A DNA stretch of 51,446 bases from Chiloscyllium plagiosum (Eukaryota): positions 9,612-61,057 of the forward strand of contig NW_025215147.1 of assembly GCF_004010195.1 (NCBI RefSeq). The letters run 5' to 3'. The notes below the pieces were generated by a model that saw only the letters and a program-made list of their open reading frames with translations, did no database searches and was not told where the DNA came from. A program made the position numbers and the translations under genes. Shown here one piece after another: positions 1 through 11,369 of this stretch (its first letter is position 1; each line of letters begins with the position of its first letter).

Positions 1-99
1 TCATTTGTTACTTTTGCAAATACATGTAAATACTACGCCTCTGAATGCTCTCCAACAACATGGCCACCAATGACGTCAGGCTCTCTGGTCTCTAGTACA

Positions 100-955
100 G
101 GACATTATTCCCTTTCCTCGTCCCATGCTTCCGCTGCTCACTGCAAATATTAGTGTAACCAGTTTGGTGAAATGATCAATAGTATAGGTCTCAGATTGGG
201 TCAGGGTGAGGAACAAGTCAGGCAGGATTCTTTAATTTGTTAAAATTAGCAAGTTTATGACCCAGACAAAGTTGCTCAAACTTCGATGGCAAGATAAATG
301 ACAATCAGTTTGGATATTGCAAATCGGTACGCCAATGTTTTCCTTTCGAAAAATACTGACACATTGCACACATTTGATGATAAACTGAAAAATAAAATCT
401 CTGCAGAACTTTAACTTTAAAGAACTTTGCCCAAATATTAGTTGAACTCATGACAAAAGGAAACACGAGTGATTGTCCCAAATATTATTCAGCTTTTGGA
501 GTTATTCTGCTCTTACATGCTGCTGGTAATGAGATTACTTCCTGGAAGAGGTTGGTTTAGCTGAATTCCCTTTACTTCAGGCAGTGGAGCGATTCCAGTG
601 AATCATTGACAGGAATCCTCCAACAGTGGTAAAAACGACTGAGGAGTTCTCAGCTCACACACACATTGTTGGAAGGAGGAACATGGAGAGAGAGGGAGCA
701 ACAGGCTGTTCCTTCTCAAGAAGATTACAATTTCTCCCTCTCTGAGTTGAATCACACAATAACGTTATCGGGGCCCAGACTGGACCAAATGAGGTCACTT
801 TGAATAGTGTCTGAACTGTACGACTCCATCACATTTCCTGTTCCATGTAGGTCGATCATTGTTGCTGTTGGACACCCTGCCATTTCTTTCGGAGCAAATA
901 GCACTACTAGAATTGAAGATGTGTTTATATGTTCCCGTATACTTTTAAAATACAA
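100..955 (-). pseudogene. Decayed intronless ORF, module Y copy D1 (unidentified protein)
   Basis: The minus-strand frame of ORF 752..955 continues through stops (...DLIWSSLGPDNVIV*FNSEREKL...NDSLESLHCLK*REFS*...FVMSSTNIWAKFFKVKVLQRFY). After one frameshift it reads ...LTN*RILPDLFLTLTQSETYTIDHFTKLVTLIFAVSSG. The homologous copy at 47220-48830 differs by many synonymous changes in this frame. Confidence 0.6.
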
Positions 956-1209
956 CTTGAAATATATTCACAATATCTGCATTTCAATGAATGCATCTTA
1001 TTCTTAAATTAGCTCCCCAGTCTTATTCTCCCAGAGAAGATAAAATATTCATCAGGTATTCACTAGCTCAAAAACTTATGTGGTCAATAAAAAAACATTT
1101 CTCATTCTCAGTCCTAAACTCCTAATCGTACAGAACATAATGCCTTCATCGCAAGAGCAAGTAAAGAGAAACATTTTTGAAAAGTTTCAAAAGCAATTTG
1201 TTTTTTCAC

Positions 1210-1770
1210 TTCAGTGGAATTACAGCCTTGCACAGTACATCAGATATGGTCTCAGCAACGGCCTGTATAGATGCAGTAAATCATCCTTAAGATCAGACCC
1301 AATGCTCTTTGCACGAAAAAGTATCATTTCATTTAATTTTCAAATCACGTGCTGCATGTACAGACTAATTTGATGTGACACACGAATCCCTTTGGCCCAC
1401 GGAGTTCTGCAATCTGCCTCCAGTTATATAATTTACGGTTGTTTTATTCGTCCTAAAAAACACAGACTTCCCATCACCCACATTGTACAGTTTTTTTTGG
1501 CGAAGTTTTACTCACTGCCCTGCCCTGTCTATTTCCCATTGCAGACTCTCTGCCTCCACATGAAACCTTATTGAATGACCATCCTGCTGTATGAGCAAAC
1601 TGAGCTCCAATCCATTCAGCCCCTTCTTCCAAACCATTAATCTGGATTGTAAACTGTTGTTGACCTCACACTGATTCCTGAGGAATTCCACTAGTTATAG
1701 CTTTCCAACCTGAAAATAAGTAATTATCTCGACTCTGTATTTCCTAGTAGCGGACCAGGGCTCTCCTGTT
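1210..1770 (-). mobile_element. Highly degenerate CR1/L2-like LINE RT fragment
   Basis: Antisense match to motifs of the intact CR1 at 29.9-31.3 kb (gcacagtacatcagatatggtctc; tgaggaattccactagttat). Confidence 0.45.
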
Positions 1771-2199
1771 CCTGTTTGACAGCCTAGAAAAGGCCTCCTG
1801 CTATACTGTGTAGCTGATTGTTGATTTGTTTCTGATCTCAGGGATCCTTCATTCGAGCCATTTGTTGTTAAATGACCAGGTGGAGTTCGTACTGTCAATG
1901 ATCCTGATCCCTGAGAGTTTAAAAGATGAGCACAGAATATAGACTAACATTTGGAGTGATCGCTACCCGATCAAAAATGCTGTCTTTCTATTGCAACGAT
2001 AGAACCATCTGCAGTGTCAGTCATGTGCTCAATTGTAACGTGCAGACACTGAGGAGGGGAGAAGAGTTCCTATTAGTCTGATGAAAATGGGACCCTTTAA
2101 CAACACAACTAATAATCTTCATCATTAATTTCATTTTTGGATGTTGAGTTGAAAAATTGCTACAGTCACTACACATTAAAATAAGCGATTGTCTTTGAC

Positions 2200-2573
2200 A
2201 GAGGACCTTACAGAGGTTTATAAAGTCATGAGGAGCATGGATACGGTAAATAGGCAAACTATTTTCCCTGGGGTAAGAGAGTCCAGAACTATAGGGCATA
2301 AGTTTACGGTGAGTGCAGAAAGACATAAAAGTGACCAAACAGGCAACGTTTCCATGCAGAGGGTGGTACATGTATGGAATGAGCTGCCAGAGGAAGTGGT
2401 GGAGGCTGGTACAATTGCAACATTTAAAAGGCATCTGCATGGGAATATGAATAGGAGAGGTCTTGGAGGGATATGGCAGGTGGGACTAGATTGGGTTGAG
2501 ATATGCGGTCAGCATGGGTGAGTTGGACCGAAAGGTCTGTTTCCGTGCTGCACATCTCTTGGACTCTATGACT
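2200..2573 (+). mobile_element. CR1 LINE 3' end
   Basis: Encodes DLTEVYKVMR...QRVVHVWNELPEEVVEAGTIATFKRHL, followed by the 3' UTR ending ctctatgactc. Confidence 0.9.
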
Positions 2574-3079
2574 CGATGGCCCAGTCTTCACTGTTCCCTG
2601 GGGATGAGAATACCACAGACAGTACAACCCTAAGAAGATAGGAACATCCTTATCTCAATCATAAATGGGGAAACCTCTAAATTTAAAAGTATATGAACCT
2701 CACAGCAAGTCAGCTTCCCATTTTAAAAATGAGGGCACAACCTATAGGAAATACATAGACTATTCAGCCCCTCAAACCAATCCCACATTCCCATTGACTC
2801 TGTTCAGTGAAGTGTTTATCAAAATCAGCCTCCACTGTTGTCTTGGTTAGACATGTCAGATAGCATAACCATAGAGTGTATGAAATTGGTGCAGAACTGG
2901 ACTGTTTGGTCCACCAAGTCTGATCTGCTATTCAATCATGGATGACATGTTTCTCAATAAAATTATCCTGTCTTCTCACTGTAACCTTAATCCCCTTATC
3001 AATCAAAATGTATCTATCGCTGTCTTAAAGGCAGACTGTGTCTGTGTCTCTATGCCTGTATGTGTATATGTGTTTCAGC

Positions 3080-3325
3080 TTATTGGCAGCAGGCAGAGGG
3101 TAGTGGAGGAAAGTTGTCTTTTGGACTGGAGACCTGTTACCAGTGGCGTTCCACAGGGATTGGTGCTGGATCCACTTTTGGTTGTCACTTATATCAGTGG
3201 CTTAGATGAGAATTATGCAATATATGGTGAGCAAGTTTATAGATGACACCAAGTTTAGTTATATCGTGGAATGTGAAGAAGGTCATATAAGATTGCAAAG
3301 AGATGATTTTTAATTGGATCAATGA
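3080..3325 (+). mobile_element. CR1 LINE RT fragment
   Basis: RQRVV...WRPVTSGVPQGLVLDPLL, followed by a degenerate ADDTK motif. Confidence 0.85.
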
Positions 3326-3695
3326 ATCATAGAAATGTACAGCACAGAAATGGACATCTTAGTCAAATTCATTCTTGCCAACCAGATGTCATAAATTATC
3401 TTAGTTTCATTTTCCAGCATTTGTACCATATCCCTCTAAACCATTCCAATTCATGTCCCCATCCAGATGAGTTTTAAATGTCGTAATTTGTACCATCCTT
3501 CACCACTTCGTCTGGCAGCTCGTTGCATACACATACCACCCTCTGTGTGAAAATGTTCCCCTTTGATCCTCTTCATATCTTGTCCATCTCACCTTAGTAC
3601 TATGTCCACTAGTTTTGGGCTCCCCTACGCTGGGGTAAAGATCCTGAATAATCAACCTATCAATGGTCTTCATCATTTTATAAACGTCTAGAAGG
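3326..3695 (-). mobile_element. CR1 LINE 3' end
   Basis: Minus-strand DVYKMMKTIDR... and a 3' UTR matching other CR1 tails in the window. Confidence 0.85.
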
Positions 3696-3839
3696 TGCAA
3701 ATGTGACTCCAATTCACACGAATGGCTGTGTTTTCAATCAACCTGGGCCTAAATTCTGAAATTCAATATTGACTCCTTTTCCTTCTTCATCACATCCCAA
3801 TTCTAAAATAATTTTAACAACATGCTCAGCCACATTATG

Positions 3840-4110
3840 AAACGCCCTGTGGGATTTTTATCTAGACTTTTGGCCTCAGAGGTAGGAACACTACCACCAT
3901 TTGGCAATAATCCCAAAAGCTGCAACATTATTCTCCTGTGTGTTTGTTCATCAGCCTGTTTTGAAATACCGTGCCAGGCAGGACTTGAATCCAGACATTC
4001 TGCTCCAGAGTGAGAGACACTACTATGCAAGTTCAGGTATTGAAATCTAACCCAGGGCTCTGGCTCAGAGGTATGGGCGTTACCCACGATACAAGACTTA
4101 AACCATGCCC
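3840..4110 (-). repeat. Tandem degenerate tRNA-derived SINE-head-like units
   Basis: About three units of the form ggacttgaatccagac..ctggctcagaggtagggacactacc. A paralogous block lies at 49610-49880. Confidence 0.45.
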
Positions 4111-4239
4111 AGAATTTGAGTCACATTTTAAATGCAAGCTTTCAGCTCTGTGTGGTTTCACTAAAATTTAGTTAACTTTACTGAATTACACATTTGAAAG
4201 AATCACATTGTTAATCAGATGAAAGGTACTCAACTCAAC

Positions 4240-4500
4240 TATAATTAAACTGGAAAGGGTTTAGAAAAGATTTACCAGGCTGTTGTTGGGAATGAAGTGT
4301 TTAAGTTATAAGGACAGGCTGGATGGACTGGGACCTGTTCCACTGCAGCGTAGAAGTTTGAGACAGTATCAACCTTATCGAGGATTATAAAACAATGCGG
4401 GGTATAGATAATGTTGAAAGGCACGTGCCATTTCCTTAGGGTGGTGGATTTAAAGAGAACGGTGTAATTTTAAGATGACAGCAGAAAGTTTTACAGATGA
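4240..4500 (+). mobile_element. CR1 LINE ORF2 C-terminal fragment
   Basis: Degenerate KLERV.KRFTRLL...LGLF.L...LIE.YK motif series. Confidence 0.8.
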
Positions 4501-4504
4501 CGTA

Positions 4505-5118
4505 GTTTCATAGAGCTGTCCAGCATGGAAACAGACCCTTCTATTCAACTTGACACTGCCAAATAGACGTCCTATATTAATGTCGTTCCATTTGCCTGCA
4601 TATGGCCCACATCCCCCTAAACTTCCTATTCATGTGTCCATCCAGATGCCTTTTAAATGTTGTAATTGTCCCAGCTTGCACAACTTCCTCTGGCAGCTCG
4701 TTACATATAAAGCACCCTCTCTTTGAAAACGTTGCCACTAAGATCGCTTTTAAGTCTTTTCCCTCTGACATTCAACCTATGTCCACTAGCTTTGGAAAGT
4801 GCTATCCTGGGGGAAAGATCTTGGCTATTGACACTGTCCATTCCACTTGTGAGTGTATGAACCTCTATGATTAACTCTCAACCGCTGATGCTCCAGGGAA
4901 AATAGCCCTAACATATCCAGCCTCTCCATAAATCTCAAAACATCCAAACCTGGCAATGTCTATGCAAATCTTTTCTGAATCCTTTCAGGCTTCACAAATC
5001 CTTCCTCAAAAAGCGAGACCGTGATTGCATGAAGTCTTCAATAATGGCGTAACCATTGTCCTGCACAGCCGCAATATGACATTCCAACACTTACATTCAA
5101 TGCACTGTCTAACAACAG
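4505..5118 (-). mobile_element. CR1 LINE 3' end
   Basis: Minus-strand NELPEEVVQAGTITTFKRHLD and LRLCRTMVTPLL, plus the 3' UTR. Confidence 0.85.
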
Positions 5119-5119
5119 C

Positions 5120-5835
5120 GAATCTGGGTCTGTAACATGACACACATCTGGAGCACAAGTTACAGAGAGGGGAAACCTGGAAAGAGGGATTAGGAGTGGG
5201 GTCACTTCTTGACCCAGCCTGGATTTCCAAGTACATTTCCGAAACTACACCTAACCATCTGAGTGGCCTCGATCTGCTCCTGTGAAGCAGGTNNNNNNNN
5301 NNNNNNNNNNNNNNNNNNNNNNNNNNNNNNNNNNNNNNNNNNNNNNNNNNNNNNNNNNNNNNNNNNNNNNNNNNNNNNNNNNNNNNNNNNNNNNNNNNNN
5401 NNNNNNNNNNNNNNNNNNNNNNNNNNNNNNNNNNNNNNNNNNNNNNNNNNNNNNNNNNNNNNNNNNNNNNNNNNNNNNNNNNNNNNNNNNNNNNNNNNNN
5501 NNNNNNGTATGTCTGTGTCAGTGTGTGTCTGTGTCTGTGTGTGCGTCCGTGTGTCTGTGTCTATGTATGTGTATGTATGTTTGTGTGTGTATGTGTGTCT
5601 GTGTGTCTGTCTGTGTTTGGATGGTGCTGTGGCTGCTGCCCTCCCTCTGTCCCTCCCAAACTGAATCTCTGATGATTTTCACCTTCCACTCCCACATGTA
5701 CAGTGGTGTGGGGAGGCCAGCAGAGATTGACAGCAACAGAAAGCTCAGCAGGTCTGGCAGCATCTGTGGACAGAAATAAAAGGACCCTTCCTCAGATCTC
5801 CTGTCGGGGGATATTGCATCACTTTAAGTACACAC
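5120..5835 (-). pseudogene. Decayed ORF, module X copy 1 (split by N-gap and microsatellite)
   Basis: 5120-5260 gives VVSEMYLE/PGWVKK...FPLSVTCAPDVCHVTDPD with frameshifts, homologous to 16600-16760 and 44960-45110. 5617-5835 matches 51308-51446 and, more weakly, 16840-17330. Confidence 0.55.
5507..5616. repeat. Degenerate (TG)n microsatellite
   Basis: Seen directly. Confidence 0.95.
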
Positions 5836-6069
5836 AGATGTACACACACTAATACAGAGACATAGAGACACTCACGAATACACAGAAACAAGTATAGACA
5901 TGAAGTGTCTTTCAGTATTGCTCTTGCTCCACAGTGACCTTGTCAATATTTTACGGACTCTGTCTGGTGTGCGTCAGTATTTAAGTCTGTCCTCAGGGAG
6001 TGTGTTAGTGTTGCACTTGCTCACAATTGTGAGTGAGTCAGTATTTCTGCGTGGAGTGGGACTGTAGGA

Positions 6070-6390
6070 CAATTTCAATGTTTGCAGATATCAAACCTGG
6101 ACGAATTATAAAGTGTGTGGAGGACAGTGTGTGGAACTCCAGCAGGACGGTGTCACATCGGTGTAGTTTTCAGGTTTATGGCAGATCAGGAACAAATCAG
6201 AGCAGTGTGGGGTGATGCACCTTGTTAGGAATAACTCTGAAGCTCAATATAATGCATTTTGTACCATTATAAAGCGGGTGTAGGAGCAGAGGACACTGGG
6301 TGTATATGAGCACAGATTATTGGAGATGTCAGGACAAGTGGGGAGAGTAGAAAATATCACAGGATAGTTTCAGTATCTGAGCTGTTTACA
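6070..6390 (+). mobile_element. Degenerate CR1 RT fragment
   Basis: ISMFADIK.G motif and a gagcagaggacactgggtgtatat segment (EQRDLGV-like). Confidence 0.65.
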
Positions 6391-7489
6391 GGAGGAGGTG
6401 GAGGAGGGAGCCTCCGTGCTCCCTTCCTGAGAGGTGGTGGAGACGATGTGTTGTGAGCCCGCCCTCTTGAACATTTAGACCGTGGGGATTCCCTTTGTAC
6501 CAGCTCGACACAAAAGGGAGATTGCATCAGGGGCACGGCTTCTAAGTTGTGCTGGGGAAACGGAGGTGCCAGTGGGTTTAAAGTGAGAATTGCCCTTCAC
6601 TGAACATTGCTCCTTACTCGGTCGGTGGGACATGGATGTTTCAGAATCTCCACACGTGGGGTACGTGTCCTCTCCGGCTCCTACCAGGGTCCTCCCCACA
6701 TGGCTGGTGGAGGGGGGTGAGGGAACGGATATCGGGCACTCCAGCACCCGGCTTGGCCCTTTCTGTCCCATTCCAGTCTGTTTCTCCTGGAATGGGAGAA
6801 AGCGAGGGAGGGAGGGTGGGGGTGGGTGGCCCTTTTGTTTGTGCTGGTATAGGTGGGGATCATAGTGAAGTATCCGGACGGAGTCAGTGCACAATGTTGT
6901 AACTATGCCGTGTTATTGGTGTGGGGTTAAAGTGGAGGGGGAGAGAGAGAGAGAAAGAAAGACTGCATGCAGTAGTGAGAGTGGTGGAGCATGAGCCTTG
7001 TTCGGGGGTCGGTGCCATAACAGATATGCAGTGAGTGTGAGGGAGCAGAGAGCACACAGTGATACTTATCCTGACAGAACGGGGAAGGTTATTGATGCTT
7101 GTCCTGTATTGCTGNNNNNNNNNNNNNNNNNNNNNNNNNNNNNNNNNNNNNNNNNNNNNNNNNNNNNNNNNNNNNNNNNNNNNNNNNNNNNNNNNNNNNN
7201 NNNNNNNNNNNNNNNNNNNNNNNNNNNNNNNNNNNNNNNNNNNNNNNNNNNNNNNNNNNNNNNNNNATGCTCGGGGTAAACTGTGCAGGGCAACTCCAAA
7301 CGGAGAAAGCGCAACCGTGTGCCCATTGGCCTTTTGAAGGTGGCACCAGTGCCTGGGATCACGAAATATTTAGGGTCATGCGGGCATTGGTGAGTACCTC
7401 CAACCATGAAGGAAGTCAAGCTGGCATTGAATGCGAGGGAAGCCATGGGGTGGAGTAGGTAGTCAATGAGCTGGGTTTGATGGGATATC

Positions 7490-8710
7490 ACCAGGAAACT
7501 TGCTCAGTCTCATAAAGACAATCCTTCTGCCATACTCAGTGAAAATGTCACTGTAACAAATTATTGTTAGATTCAGCCCAATGTGTCGAAGACTCTGCTG
7601 ACCTACTCACAGTTACAAAGCTGCAGAACAACTGCTCATCCAATACTCTCCATCATCTGAACTCACACCAATATCCCATTCACCCATAATTCCTGGAAAC
7701 ACTGGCTCATGTTGAAGGATACTGTTGAAAAGCCTTCATTTCAGCATTCTGGATTCTGTGAACACATCCTTCCATGACATTGTCTCTCAATCTCGCTCTC
7801 GCTGTCTATTCCCCAAAGCCTTCACATTTGTTTATACTTAAATTGATTCCTCCGCCATCTCTCTCTAACAGTGATTTTCACACCCACAGCACCCCTGTGT
7901 CATGCCACAATGTAGATATGGAGCTGTAAATGAAAGGGAGCTGCACATCCTGTCACTTCCAGCATGGGCTGCAAGTTTCCCTACGCTGGGCAGTGATCTA
8001 ACACAATGTTACTCAACAATGCGCTGGGATGATGGACTCAGTTCCACACCCTGGTCGCATATCTCATCTGGGTTTATGGATCAATGCACTACTGTGGACT
8101 GCATTCCGCTCTGGACTGATTGCAGGGTGGTGTTCAGCAACACATTAGCCTGGTCTGCGCAGTGCTCCTTTCCAAACAGATATCTCCTCTGGGTTTATGG
8201 TTTAGATTAGATTAGATTAGATTACAGTGTGGAAACAGCCCTTCGGCCCAACAAGTCCACACCGCCCCGCCGAAGCGAAACCCATCCATACCCCTACATT
8301 TACCCCTTACCTAACACGACAGGTAATTTAGTATGGCCAATTCACCTGACCCTGCACATCTTTGGATTGTGGGAGGAAACCGGAGCACCCGGAGGAAACC
8401 CACGCAGACACGGGGAGAACGTGCAAACTCCACACAGTCAGTCGCCTGAGGTGTCTGGTCTGGTTCGATGAGGTGGATTGAGAATATGCCTTTATTTTTG
8501 TTCGCAATCATGTGATTGGATCCTCCAAATTCTGACTGCTCCGGCCAGTCCCATTCTTCAGTCTACCTCCATCGTTTGCCAACATGTTGTCGATGAGTAA
8601 TTGTCCCGTTTTAATGTGAACAACTGTTCTCTCTATTTCTCTGGTCTTTGTCCTTGCTCACCCTGGAGCATCGGGATTCACCGCAAAAAACCTCAGTAAG
8701 GTCACTCCTC
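7490..8710 (-). pseudogene. Decayed intronless ORF, module Y copy B (interrupted by a SINE)
   Basis: RLKNGTGRSSQNLEDPIT*LRT/NKGIFS, LD/LPSVG, FTAPY and MSWKDVFTESRMLK*...GIMGEWDIGVSS are collinear with copy A at 11.6-12.45 kb, including a 40-codon gap-free alignment. Confidence 0.65.
8202..8452 (-). mobile_element. tRNA-derived SINE (HE1-type) with (TTAGA)n tail
   Basis: Reverse complement of the tgtgtggagtttgcacgttctccccgtgtctgcgtgggtttcctccgg core, with a tandem tail at 8202-8225. Confidence 0.9.
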
Positions 8711-8714
8711 AGAA

Positions 8715-8910
8715 AAAAACACTCCAGGGAACATAGCCCCTGCACATTCATACTCTCCGTGTAGCTCAAAATCACTCGCTACAATTCACCCTACCTAACA
8801 CTGTTCATATACTTGGAAAACTCTTCTGCACGCTTTCAAATTTAACAACATCTTGCCTACATCAGTGAGAACAGAATTGAAAGCAGTATTACAGAAGTGG
8901 CTGAACCTAG
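8715..8910 (-). mobile_element. CR1 fragment
   Basis: Antisense to the CR1 ORF2 C-terminus (ctccagggaacatagccc...cctaacactgttcat). Confidence 0.6.
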
Positions 8911-8914
8911 TGCG

Positions 8915-10228
8915 TAGGCGAAAGTGAGTATTGCAGATGCAGGAGATTAGAGTCGGGAGTGTAGTGCTGGAAAAACACAGCAGGTCAGGCAGCATCCGAG
9001 GAGAAAAAGGCAAACCGATGTTTTGGCCAAAAAACCCGATTCCTGATTAAGGACTTTCACCCATAAGGTCGACATTTCCTGCTCCTCGGATGCTGCCTGA
9101 CCCACTGTGCTTTTAGAGCACCACTCTCTGCACCCAGTGTATATTCCACATGCCTCCTTCTTCAAAGACAACAATTTCTCCCCCCACATGGTTGACGATG
9201 CAATCCAATGCATCTCACCCACTTCCCGTAACTCTGCCTTCAAATTTTGGCACTCCAAACTCAATAGGGAAAGAACACTCTGTTCCTCACCTTCCATCCC
9301 ACCAAATCTCCAGATACAATGCATTATTGTCCCCCATTTGCACCACCTACAAACAGATCCCAACACCAGGAATATATTTCCCTCCCCACCCCGACCTGCG
9401 TTCGATAAAGAACATTCCCGGCGCGAATCACTTATCAAGTCAACGGCACCTAACAAACAACCATCCACTCCTGGCACCTTCGCATGCAACCACAAGATTT
9501 GGAAAACCTGCACCCTCACCTCCCCCTCACCTCCGTCCGAGACTACAAAGGATCCTTCCACATTCTTCGGAGTTTTACCTGCATTTCCACATACGTCACA
9601 TACAGTATCCGTTGCTCCTGATGTCTCCTCTACATTAGGGAGACAGGACGCCAACGTGTGGAACACTTCAAAGAACATCTCTGGGACACCCGCACCAAAC
9701 AACCCCACTACCCCGTGCTGACAACTTTGACTCCCGCTTCCACTCCACCATGGACATGCAGGTCCTCGGCCTCTTCCACCGCCAAAACCTTAACCAACCG
9801 ACTCTTGGAGGAAGAAAGATTCGTCTTCTGCCTTTGGACCTTGGAACCACATGGGATCAATGTGGATTTTACAAATGTTGTCATTTAACTACCCTCCAAC
9901 TTATCCCAGTTCCAACCTTCCAACTCAGTACTGCCGGATATCCCGCCCTACCTGTCCATCTTCCTTTCTATCTATCCGCTTCACCCTTCTCTCTCACATA
10001 TCACCTGCAACCGCAACCTCATAAACATTTCACATTCTCAGCTATCTTCCCCCAACCCCACCTATTTCCCATTTATCTCCCAACACCCTTGGGCCACAAG
10101 CCTCATTCCGATGAAGGGCTTACACAAGAAATGTCAATGCTCCTCTGATGCTGCCTGACCTGCTGTGCTTTTCCAGTACCACCTTCTCTACTCTGATCTC
10201 CAGCGTTAGCAATCCTCACTTTCTCTCT
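8915..10228 (+). mobile_element. Penelope-like element 3' part (GIY-YIG endonuclease) with inverted and direct terminal repeats
   Basis: CLLYIRETGRQRVEHFKEHLWDTRTKQPHYPV and RLLEEERFVFCLWTLEPHGINVDF. The repeat gatgctgcctgacc..ctgtg occurs at 9090 and 10147 and inverted at about 8975-9000. Confidence 0.85.
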
Positions 10229-10229
10229 T

Positions 10230-10610
10230 GAGTTAATTTGTTCAGAAATTTCCCCACCAGACATTTCTTGCAGCTAATCTGTTATCTTATCCCTGTAGCT
10301 TTATAAACAGAGTAGGACATATACAGTCCTGCAGTGTTCTGGTAAAACTCCCACATTCAAGGAAAAAGTAAGAAAAAATTGACAGATTTATAGTCCGGCC
10401 ATCTGTAACCCTCATCCATTCCATCGAGACCGAGTAAATAATCCCTTTTATTATGATATGGAATGTAATGTAAGGAAGGGTTTAACTTTCCCTGTTTGTT
10501 TGGTGACTGTCATTAATGTCAGTCACCATATATTCTAATTATTGCAGTGGAAAGTTCCCATCTCTTAATGACATATGGGCTTCGTTCAATGTGTTATGCC
10601 ATAGTATGAG
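10230..10610 (-). pseudogene. Possible N-terminal part of module Y copy B, upstream of the Penelope insertion
   Basis: Minus frame ...KRDYLLGLDGMDEGYRWPDYKSVNFFLLFP*MWEFYQNTAGLYM... Assigned by position only; stop density is near the random expectation. Confidence 0.25.
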
Positions 10611-10671
10611 TGGGATAATCACCGACAGCACTAACAGGGATCAGCAGCTCCAGATGGAGAAGGGGAGGAGA

Positions 10672-10892
10672 GATCATAATCTGAGAACGTTAGACTTGAA
10701 TGTTACAATAATGGATAAGAATCTGAGAACATTAAACTGGAATGTTCCATCAATAGATCAGAATCTGAGAGCATTAAACTGGAATATTCCACAAATGGAT
10801 CAGAATGTGAGGACATTAGACCGCAATGTTCCAACAATGTATCAAAATCTGAGAACTTTGGACAGGAATGCTACAACAATGGACAGGGATTT
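10672..10892. repeat. 42-bp minisatellite, about 5 copies, open on the + strand as a 14-aa (2x7) repeat
   Basis: Consensus about gatcagaatctgagaacattagactggaatgttccaacaatg. ORF 10516..10998 reads LRTLDLN VTIMDKN LRTLNWN VPSIDQN... Confidence 0.9.
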
Positions 10893-11369
10893 ATCTGATC
10901 ACGCTGGTTTCTTTCTACATATTATGATTGGTTGTCATTTAATTTGCAGACCTATTATGCTCTTCTCATTATTCAATATTTTTATTATCCTCTCCTGACT
11001 ACTGTTTGTGTCCCTGGTGAGTCTCACCATCCAGATATTTTCCTATAAACTAGTTATGACTGCATTACTGTTATTTCATGTAGTCTTCACTCCTTGCCAC
11101 TATTATTGTTCATGTTGAGACCCTGAATCCACACATTCACTCTGCAGATCACGACTAACGGCACCAGTGAACTTGTTCAATTACTGTCTCCCTTCTTGAT
11201 TCAGACTGTTACTCAAGGGTCTCTATGTTGACCTACTCACTTTCAGATGTGAACCATTGTCTCACTGCCCTTGTTATTTACGTATTGGGAACGTGGAGGT
11301 CATTGTCCTCTATTATGTTTACAAACTCTGTTTCCTTCCTGGAACTCCATCCCATCCGTGGTAAATATA

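Noticed and set aside
752..955. ORF 752..955 as the intact last exon of a functional host gene
   Set aside because: Homology with the 48.6-kb copy continues well past the stop with a coding-type substitution pattern, and that copy has an internal stop. It is better explained as part of a longer decayed ORF.
8947..9708. 253-aa minus-strand ORF
   Set aside because: It is the antisense of the Penelope element.
10672..10892. CRISPR-like array
   Set aside because: The units are contiguous with no unique spacers, there are no cas genes, and the context is eukaryotic.
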